From Octopus vulgaris (lineage: Eukaryota), in the NCBI GenBank assembly GCA_951406725.2, contig OX597823.1, forward strand, positions 2,542,001 through 2,606,000: a DNA stretch of 64,000 bases, given 5' to 3'. Positions 54,254 through 64,000 of the stretch are shown in pieces. The notes under the pieces were generated by a model that searched no databases, had not been told where the DNA came from, and saw nothing but the letters and a program-made list of their open reading frames with translations. Every line of letters begins with the position of its first letter. Within the stretch, counting starts at the first letter, position 1. The translations under genes and the position numbers were made by a program.

Positions 54254-54257
54254 TTAC

Positions 54258-54440
54258 TTTGTCTTTTAATAGCGGTGTCCTCAGCATCGATGGATAGTTT
54301 GCAGGGTGACCATATTCGTCATATTGTAGGAAATTGACAGCAGCATGTGACACACTGCAGGTGAAGATGATTACGGACACAATCCATTTCAAGTCCTCCT
54401 TTGAAGACACGTGACCCTTACCATCTTTCATTGGTAAGCC
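54258..54440 (-). CDS. Lipoxygenase exon (183 nt) with iron-ligand motif
   Basis: ag / gtaagt boundaries; IIFTCSVSHAAVNFLQYDEYGHPANYPSMLR contains HAAVN. Confidence 0.95.
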
Positions 54441-55009
54441 CTTTAACAGACAATAGAAGATATTTTATATACAACCATTGTATTTAACTATTTAATGATA
54501 TTAGGAAAAGTCTACATAATCGTTCGATCTGCTAAAATTAACAGCCTAATCTATTCAAATCACACATTGCCGCAGTGTTTCTCAAAACTCTTTGACTTCA
54601 GAATAAACTTCGTATAAAAAAAAAAGGAATACTGATCCATTTCGCTTTGATTTTCTTTTTAAGTTGTAGATTTTCAAGAAATAGAAATTTTTGTTTTGTT
54701 AATCATACAAATTTATGAAATTTAACTAAATTCTGAGTAATAAGTTCTTCAAGACATTCATTAATTGTATAGATTTTGTAAAGCATTGTATGATATTTTT
54801 TAAAATGTGCAAACCAAAAATTGAAGATCTTAGCCACATTCTTTTCTTTTCTACCCCAGGCACAAGGCCCACTTAGCCACATCATTGCCAGTTGTGAAAG
54901 TATGTCTTCTTGTTACTTTCTCCCTTTAAAAGAATTTATTCAATTTATTTCAACTTTTACTTAAGAACAATCGAAACCGACAACAGAGTTTAATGAAAGT
55001 GTAAATATT

Positions 55010-55220
55010 TTCTTTATTCTCTTTACTCTTTTATTTGTTTAAGTCATTTGACTGTGGCCATGCTGGAGCACCGCCTTTAGTCGAGCTAATCGACCCAATG
55101 ACTTATTCTTTGTAAGCCTAGTACTTATTCTATCGTTCTCTTTGCCGAACCACTAAGTTACGGGGACGTAAACACACCAACATCGGTTGTCAAGCAATGT
55201 TGGAGGGACAAACATAGACA
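55010..55220 (-). mobile_element. SINE 3' part sharing the LINE B/D tail
   Basis: Minus strand reads GGCGGTGCTCCAGCATGGCCACAGTCAAATGACT. Similar to 2575-2795 and 2880-3075. Confidence 0.7.
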
Positions 55221-55221
55221 C

Positions 55222-55280
<59 letters not shown>

Positions 55281-55283
55281 TAT

Positions 55284-57171
55284 CAGAACAGTCCTGATAT
55301 ATTTTGTCATGTCTGTGGTTCATTTACCACCAAAGCCCAGCAACGTGCCATCACAAGTGAAATCAAGAAGATCTACCAGTTATAATTTGGCTGCTCTCTT
55401 GGAGAACAAGATAAGAGTTGGGCCCCGCACATCATCAGCTCAGCTTGTTCAAATGGACTAAGGGATTGGCTAAATAAGAGGAAGAGAGCAATGCCATTTG
55501 CAATACCTATGATATGGAGAGAGCCAAAGGATCATTTCATGGACTGTTATTTCTGCAACGTTAATGTATGTGGGTTTACTGTAAAGACCAAGCATAAGAT
55601 TGTGTATCCCAACTTGGAATCAGCAAGAACACCAGCAAGATGAAGATCTTCTTATTCCAATACCACCAGAAAATGGCCTTCAGATGTTTGACGAAGGCGT
55701 ATTTCCTGAAGAAAAAACTACTGCTGTGGAAGAGACCGAAGTGGATGCAGATTTCATGAGTGAAAATGAAGACGTACCACAGAAATGTTCTCAAGGAGAG
55801 TTAAATGATTTAGTTAGAGACTTGCCATTGTTGAAGGATAAAGTTGAACTTGGCTACAAGAAAAGTGTCTGCTTAAGAAAGATGTTTGTATTACTCATTT
55901 CAGGGTCTGACTTCATGCTTCTCTGTTGATGTTTCAGTAATAACAATGATGAGTTATTTCGCTGTTTGTTCCAAGAGCATGTTCCAGCCGAATGGCGCTT
56001 ATTCATTGATTCATCTAAGAGAAGCCTCAAGGCAGTACTACTACACACTGGCAATAAGAAACCATCCATTCCCATAGGACATTCAGTGCACGTGAAGGAG
56101 TGTTATGAAAACATGCAAGTACTCCTCAATGCCATAGAGTATACAAACTACAGCTGGAAAATATGTGGAGACTTGAAGGTGATTGGAATGTTGATGGGAA
56201 TGCAATTTGGGTTCACCAAATATTGTTGCTTTTTATGCCTATGGGACAGTCGTGAAACTAACAAGCACTATGTGCAATCAGAGTGACCTTTGCGAAAATC
56301 ATATGAGCAGGAAGTCTCTAGCGTCCCGAGCAAGCCATTTTAAACCCAGAAAATGTTCTTCTCCCTCTTCACATAAAGCTTCGCCTCATGAAACAATTCA
56401 TGAAGACACTTACCAGAAAAAGCTCAAAAGGTTTTGAATATGTGAAGGTTAAATTTCCAAAAATCCCCGAGGCAAAACTGAAGGAGGGCATATTCATAGG
56501 TCCACAGATAAAAGAACTCCTGAATGACAACCACTTCCTCACAGCACTGGATGAGATTAAGCTTAAAGCCTGGGAATCTTTCAAATGGCTCTGTGAAAAT
56601 TTCCCAGGCAACAAGAGATCTCTAGAGTTTAGAAATGGAGTGAAATGTCTTCTAGACTCCAACACTGCAATGGACTGTCGGATGTCCATTTCCTTGATTC
56701 TGGACTTTTTTGCAGGGAACTTTGGAGCAGTGTTTGATGAGCTGGGGAACGCTTTCCTCAAGATATTGCATCGATGGAACAACGATATCAAGGATTTTGG
56801 AATTCAGGAATGTTAGCTGACTACTGTTGGATGTTATACAGGGATGAACCAGAGACAAAACAACATAGAAAGTCCAAATCCCAAAGATTTTAAGTTGTTA
56901 TGCATTTGAGTGTATTCTAAATTATTTTTACACAATAATTTTAATTTTGTACAATAAAAATCCATGAAATCATCGTATCTTGTATTCAATATACTTTATA
57001 TAGACATGCTTTACGTATCCTCTAAGTTGAAAGAGCAGGCATCATTAACATGAAAATGTGACCTGACAGAGGAAATCGGACTTCAGATTCGTAACCAGCA
57101 TCAAACTTTAACCCAGAAAAGTTAATCAGCAACTCTGATGATTAAAAAAAGTTTCATTTTGTTGACCAGTG
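55284..57171 (+). mobile_element. Decayed DNA transposon, Chapaev3-like (CMC), in a lipoxygenase intron
   Basis: PDIFCHVCG, QDKSWAPH, WREPKDH..DCYFC, WRLFIDSS..SLKAVLLH, ICGDLKV, CFLCLWDSR, KEGIFIGPQI, with stops and frameshifts. Right end is ...TTGTTGACCAGTG. Family assignment is from recalled motifs. Confidence 0.75.
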
Positions 57172-57679
57172 TATTCTAGATAGTTGCTTGGCTAATCAGA
57201 AACAGCAGTCAAATCTCCTTCTAATCGCACTCTTACGCTTCAATCTTAATGAATCTCTCCACCAATTTTGTCCTATTCTTCTTTATAATTTGATTCATAT
57301 CCAAAATGTTTTATAGAGATTCTAATTCGCACCAACACCAACAACAAGTAGTTGACGACTATATTGTGTAATCCACTCCTAAGATAATTAAAAGTTAAGG
57401 TGGCCTCCATAGGATTTGAATTCAGATCTTTAAGGACCAAAAATAAAAAATAAAAACACCAAGGTATATTTTCTGTTATTCTAATGATTTTACAATCCAC
57501 TGTAAAAAGAAAAGCAAAAAACAAAAGAAAAAGTATTTAAAAAATGAAACTAAAGAGCCATTACGGGACTAAGCAACGTCAGCAGCAGCAACAGCAGCAA
57601 CAGCAGCAGCAACAGCAGCAACAGCAGCAGCAACAGCAACAAGGGTTTTACTTTGTATAGAATTATGAACAGGAAATAC

Positions 57680-57762
57680 CTTCAATCCACCTCTGCTTGG
57701 CACGGACATATTTTCTACCCATTCCTGCAACTCTCCGTCCCCATCAACATCTTCATCCTTTT
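57680..57762 (-). CDS. Lipoxygenase exon (83 nt; not in the ORF track)
   Basis: tttcag / gtattt boundaries; (E)KDEDVDGDGELQEWVENMSVPSRGGLK matches the lipoxygenase D.ELQ.W motif; phase 1 to phase 0 fits. Confidence 0.9.
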
Positions 57763-57921
57763 CTGAAATTATATATAAATGGGGAATACGATTGTTAGTC
57801 GCAGTCAGTTGCAGGAGAGAACTGACACGTTCCTCTCAACTCCTCAGGTGTATGAAGCAGTTGGCCTCCTACACAAATTTCTCAGTCAATTCCCGATTCT
57901 TTCCACACATTTTCGGTAGTG

Positions 57922-57954
<33 letters not shown>

Positions 57955-57959
57955 TCACA

Positions 57960-57995
<36 letters not shown>

Positions 57996-59022
57996 CTATA
58001 ATGAATTAAAAGCAGCACTAGTGTCGTGAACATTATCGACCGCACATACTCAATGGATGTGTTTTGCTTGTTCACTGGTACGCTCTGACATAGCGCTGTG
58101 GGGACGACTCCCTCTTAACACTGAGTGAAAACCACTGAAAGTCATAGACAGGCGAGACAACTCGTCCCCCGATCGCATTCAGGAGCGATGGCTACTGATA
58201 TTTCGCCATTTCTGTAGTTTATCAATATAACGGACCCGAATTGAACCAGAGACAAGGAATATGAGTGGACAGATGAAAGAAAGAAGCACTCAACACGGCT
58301 GGTTGGAGTTGTATGTATTTTATAACATTTACACTCAGCTCTACATCACTTACAATTTGTGATTGTAGAACACGTGCACATCCTGAGATGTTCAGAGACA
58401 GAGTAGGGGAATTTTTAAAAGATTTAGAAAACTTCGAGGTGAGATTGTTTAAGCTTCCGTTGGCCTGTCACCTTAGAAAAAATTGGTGAAAGCAATGTTT
58501 TCGTCATAGACGTCAACGAATCTTTGGACCGTGTCTGGTATGCAGAATCCTCTCGCCTAAGATTTCCACCAGTCTCTCATCTCTTGGATCGGTAGTTTTC
58601 TATCAGATCACATTAATGTGAGGGACGAAACCGGATATGGACGGGGACGGCTTTGACTTGTCTGGGTGAGTAACCGTACCGTTTAAGTAACTTGACCGTG
58701 TGCTGGACCTGATTCTGTGACTGCACACCCGTTAGAGATTGAAGAATTTGGGAGAAGCGAATGAGATGTTGGGAGTTGATAATAAGGTATGATGAGGCAA
58801 ATACCAAGAGAGAGGAAACAGTAAAATTAAAGAGAGCAGAAGAACTGAGGATGGAGTGTGTGTGTGTAGGGGGGTGAGTAGATGGAGAGAGAGAGAGAGA
58901 AAAAAAAGAAAGTGAGAGAGAGAGCTGTTCAGGAGCTTAGAGATTTCAGAGATAACAGAGTGAATTCGAGAGAGTTAAGTAAGGAGAAAAGAGGACAAAA
59001 GAAACAAAGGAATCGAGTTGTA

Positions 59023-59057
<35 letters not shown>

Positions 59058-59184
59058 TGGCAACGAGCTATTGTAACTAAATTTCTGGTATTTCTTTTGT
59101 CCAATACTGTGTTGACTCCTCCTCTCCCATCCATTTCTATTTATATCTTATAAATAAGATGAATGAATAAACGAATATAATTAC

Positions 59185-59290
59185 CATAGTGGAGATCTAT
59201 ATAGCTGGACACGTACTTATATACACAGTCGTACAATAAAAGCGAATCATCTCTGAAATAGTATTTGGGCAAAACTTTCGGATCGTCAAC
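59185..59290 (-). CDS. Lipoxygenase exon (106 nt)
   Basis: tttcag / gtaatt boundaries; VDDPKVLPKYYFRDDSLLLYDCVYKYVSSYIDLHY matches the LP.Y.YRDD motif. Confidence 0.92.
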
Positions 59291-59857
59291 CTGAAATATG
59301 AGAGCAAAGAGTGATATCTTCATAGATAAAACGTGCCAGACAAATGTTTTCTTTTTATGCTTCATTAACCTTGCTGAGGAATTGTTTATTAATAATGAAA
59401 CCTCATGCCAAGTTGCCTAAGAGATTGACTGCGTCTTGCTTTCACGTAGAACGAAATCCTTTATGAATATGTATTTGTGTATTCATTGAGTTTGCAAGCG
59501 TTGAGTGTATGGAATAACGTTTCATGTACCCCAGGATAGATGTGCATATGATATATAACTTACGTATTACAACCCAGAAATATATGTATGAGAAATATAT
59601 ATGTAAATGAGGCCTTAAAGACGTTTGAAGATCCACAAAATCAGAACCTAACTGCAGCTCTTGGTGGTCCAAATCGGATGCGCAATCTGTGTGGCTGTCT
59701 TTTTGAAAACATTGTCTGGCTTAAAAGGCAACATCAGATACCATGATGGATCTAAGGTGTCCATACAGAAGGTGGCCAGACTCTGCATAATGAGTCAGAA
59801 AACCATCATGTATATACATATTTATAAATACACACACACACACACACGCGCACACAC

Positions 59858-59892
<35 letters not shown>

Positions 59893-60232
59893 CTTGTGTT
59901 GTATGTTTGTATGTATGTATGTATGTATATATAAATACATATATGCATACACACACACATACACATATGTATATGTATAGTCTGAGTATCCTGTCATGTT
60001 GCCGGATAATTTTCACAATAGACTTTGCCTTTCATCCTTTCGGGGTCGATAAATTAAGCACCAGTGAAACACTGGGGTCGATATAATCGACTAGTCTCCT
60101 CCCCAAAATTTCAGACCATGTGTCTATAGTAGAACGGATTATTTTGGGAAGATTGATTTAATTGAAGCTAATGAAACAATTGCAAGCTAAACAATAAACG
60201 GCGTTTGATAACTTTTTTCTTTGATGTTCTTT

Positions 60233-60287
<55 letters not shown>

Positions 60288-60940
60288 TTATCTTTTAAAT
60301 ACCTTTTTAAATCAATGTTGACCTAATGAAGCTCCTTACTCATGTGCATACACCCACACACTCAGCGTGAGCGATATACTTTTATTGAGAGTGAGAAAGT
60401 TTATCATGAGAAAATGAAAGATGAATTTCGAAATTTTTAAAATTAAGTGAAAAATTTCAAATTTGGTATATTGTACTTTTTCACGACGAATCCAAGTTCG
60501 TGATTCGTTTATTCCTGAAAGATCTTAGTAAAGTGTTACAGAGGTTTAAAGTTTCATAATTTTAATCTAATGGGAAAACAGAATTTGGAAGCTAAGCATT
60601 TTTTGTGTGATAAATTGTGTATCACAAAATGAAAGTGAGCATTAGAAGACCAGGTTTTAAACAGAATGAAGGTTATGTGTGAGAATTAATACATATACGA
60701 GTAAGAGTGAGTATCGAAGAGCATGGTAAATACAGATAGATTGATGGAGATAGAGACTGGGAGAATTGTCGATCTAAAAGTCGAGTTATTTCTCATAGAA
60801 AATTACATTTTTTAATTATTATTAACGGACAGCATTGTCTTTGGGATGCAGATTTTGAAAATGAAATTAATTTTTCTCGAAGATGCACTGTTTCAGAGCC
60901 TTCTAGGGCTAAACACACATACACTTGCATTGTATTTTTT

Positions 60941-60972
<32 letters not shown>

Positions 60973-61531
60973 GTGTGTATAGATATTTCTATATAAGAAG
61001 TTTGTAATTTAATCTGTCTCGCTGCAAAGGATAATAGAAAGGAAAGTTCAATAGTCTGCAAGTGAAGTCAGCGCACGCTTCTCCAAAGACGTGTTTTACT
61101 GGCAACAACAAGTCCAATTTAAAAATACTAGGATCATTTGAAGAGTACAGTTCTTTGATTCACTCCGACCATTTTGAAGCGGGAGCAACAATGAACAGCA
61201 TAAATTATACCCAGAGAAAATAGTAATCATCGGAATTCTCTTGATTAGATATGTGCATGGCAGGGGTTAACTTGACGTTAAACAACAACTCAGGTGTGTT
61301 TGATCTGCCAGAGAGATGTAAGAAACGTGCATAGCGAAAAATGCAAGAAACGTACAAAGTGAAAAATGTAAGAAATGTTTCACGTACGTTATACAATGTA
61401 GTCTTAGATTATTCTAAGTAGAATGAATAATTAGAGAGAGAATACTTCGAAGAATGATCGTGAATCTGTCGCCTCAATGAAGATTTACCTAGGGTTAAAC
61501 CAAAATAATAAGCAACAAAAGAATTACTTAC

Positions 61532-61592
61532 TTTTCGGTTTGCAAAATCATTAGCAGGAATTCCATCTCGATAAAAGTCCCATTCTTGTAGT
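61532..61592 (-). CDS. Lipoxygenase exon (61 nt); upstream exons presumably beyond the window
   Basis: tttcag / gtaagt boundaries; LQEWDFYRDGIPANDFANRK joins in frame to VDDPKVLP. Confidence 0.8.
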
Positions 61593-61991
61593 CTGAAAAC
61601 AGTATATATGCATGTGTATATGTAAATATTATAACAGTATGTTATAAAAATATTTTTGATATTCCTGAAAATTATTCTTCCAAGCACTTGAAAGACTGTT
61701 GAAAAGTAGTGGATACCTACCAGGTATAAAACCGAACCTGAATCAAACAATAATAATAATAATAATCTTTTCTACTGAACGCAGAATGTCTGGAATTTTG
61801 GGAGAGGGGTCTAAGCGATTACATCGACCCCGGTGTTTCAATGGTACTTAATTTATCCACCCTGAAAGGTGAAAAGCTAAATTGACTTCGGTGGAATTTC
61901 AACTCAGAATGTAAAGACGGACGAAATTCTGCTAAGCATATCACCCGGCATGCTAACGATTCTGCCAGCTCGCTGCATTAATAAGAAGAAA

Positions 61992-62096
<105 letters not shown>

Positions 62097-62121
62097 GAAG
62101 AAGAAGAAGAAGAAGAAGAAG

Positions 62122-62890
62122 ACACAACAAAAGCTATAAACCAAATGAAATCGAAACTAAAACTAGCACAACAACGGACCATGATAAGACGATGGCAAGA
62201 AAAGCCCCTTCATGGAAAGTACTGGACTAAACTAAATGCAAAAGAAATAGACAAAGAAAAATCCCAGCAATGGTTGAGAAGCTCAGGACTCAAAGCAGAG
62301 ACAGAGGGATTTTTAATTGCAGCACAAGACCAAAGCCTCCCCACCAGAAATTACCAAAAACATGTAATGAAAAGAAACATAACAAGTAACTGCAGAATGT
62401 GTGGAGATGGACAAGAAACAATAAATCATATTATCTCTGGCTGCCCAGTCCTGGCTAAGAAGGAATATATTCACAGACACGACAGAGTTGGGACCTACAT
62501 ACACTGGAAGCTATGCCAACATTATGGAATAACAACAGAAAAAAGATGGTATAGGCACACTCCAGAAAAGGTCACAGAAAACGAGAAAGCAACCATACTC
62601 TGGGATATGCCAATACACACAGATAGAGAAATTAAGACCAATAGGCCAGATATAGTTGTTACAGATCATGAAGAAAAAAATGCTTTCTAATTGATGTATC
62701 AATACCAGCAGATGACGACGTGTCTCTAAAAGAAATGGAGAAACTTTCAAAATACAAGGACCTGGAAATAGAGGTAACCCGAATGTGGAATCTAAAAACA
62801 GAAGCAATTCCTATCATAGTAGGCGCATTAGGTATGATAAAAAATATTCAAAAAAAATTAAAAAATAAATAATAATAATAATTATGATGG

Positions 62891-62933
<43 letters not shown>

Positions 62934-63080
62934 ATGTTATTGCAGAGTAAGAGCAATACTCAAGACAGAGCTGAATGTGAGAAACAGGATCGAAGCGATC
63001 AATGCTTTAGCCAAACCAGTCGTGCCTTACAGTTTCAATATTGTTACCTGGTCAATTACTAAAATATGTAATCTTGACAG
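62122..63080 (+). mobile_element. Dong/R4-like RLE non-LTR retrotransposon fragments
   Basis: ETEGFLIAAQDQ, a CCHC finger (CRMC...HIISGC), RHD, NRPDIVV..LIDVSIP..KY and PIIVGALG. A second RT-region piece at ~62930-63080. Adjacent to (AAT)n. Confidence 0.85.
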
Positions 63081-64000
63081 AAGTCAAACAAAGAATAATG
63101 ACAATAATAATAATAATGATGATAATAATAATGATAATAATGATAATAATAATAGTAATAATATAGGGTTGAGGTAACTCCTCCAGAAGATACAGAAGCA
63201 TAAAAAGAAGAGTGTCATTGTTATGAAGTGAATGATATTTCGACATCTCGTTTGTTTTGCACAGGTTCAAAAAAATAAACTTGTCAATCTACTTCCTTTA
63301 TTGCCCACAATGGCCTAAGCACAGAGGAGACAAACAAGGACAGACAAATGAGTTTCGAGTCCAGTGCTCAACTGGTACTTAATTTATCGACCCCGAAAGG
63401 ATGAAAGGCAAAGTCGACCTCGGCGGAATTTGAACTCAGAACGTAATAGCAGACATAATACCACTAAGCATTTCGTCCGGCGTGCTAACGTTTCTGCCAG
63501 CTCGCCGCTTTTATTTGAGTTTATCTTGGCTTTATATAGTCTCTGATAAATTTATCTTTTCGGATATAGATGGAGCTCTATTGGATGATAAGTGTATCAC
63601 TTCAGGTCTGGAGGTTGAAATCGAATAAAAGAAATCATTTTAAAAACATAGTCCACAAACTTTTACCTCTCCAAAAGACAAAGGTAAAATCTTCTTAGTC
63701 GTAATCAAATAACATCAAGAAAAATTAACTCCGGGCTAGAAGTCTGCTGACCAACCAAGCTGTCCATCTACATACATCTTTTTGTGAACCCTAAAGAACA
63801 AGGTAAGAAAATTTTTATAAATCTTTTAAATAGAGCTCAAATAATATCAACAAATAAAGGAATTTGCTGACCAACTAACCTTTCCGCCTACTGTCTTTTC
63901 TGAACTCTAGATAATCAAATTTCTAAGCTTAAAACTTCATGACCTAAAGCTGATATGCTTAAATAAACACACCGAATCACAAAATTTTACATGTTGGACA

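Noticed and set aside
57579-57640. CAG/CAA run as a polyglutamine exon
   Set aside because: Lies in a lipoxygenase intron on the opposite strand, with no ORF or splice context.
58430-58620. Old RT relic (DVNESLDRVWY)
   Set aside because: Too short and degraded to call with confidence.

Overview
AT-rich eukaryotic DNA, most likely an octopus/cephalopod (inferred from the SINE types and microsatellite load). Positions 1-45.7 kb are a nest of transposons. A ~5.5-7.5 kb composite unit occurs five times in the same orientation. APE-endonuclease/RT LINEs of several related families are inserted, mostly into (TA)n tracts, including one apparently intact full-length element (8096-13349). There are two Penelope-type inverted-repeat structures, each carrying a hammerhead-like fold, and a very AT-rich inverted-repeat-bounded segment of unknown origin. 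Positions 50-62 kb hold the last six coding exons of a minus-strand lipoxygenase, whose introns contain Chapaev3-like, Gypsy-like and SINE relics; a Dong/R4-like fragment lies upstream. The most interesting signal is in two divergent LINE families. Both have an unusual ORF1 (Myb/SANT-like N-terminus plus CCCH fingers) and a U-UUU-UUR slippery heptamer within a hairpin, placed just after the last stop of the -1 (ORF2) frame. In one family ORF2 has no AUG before the endonuclease, suggesting programmed -1 ribosomal frameshifting. All calls come from reading the sequence by eye; no database search was run.
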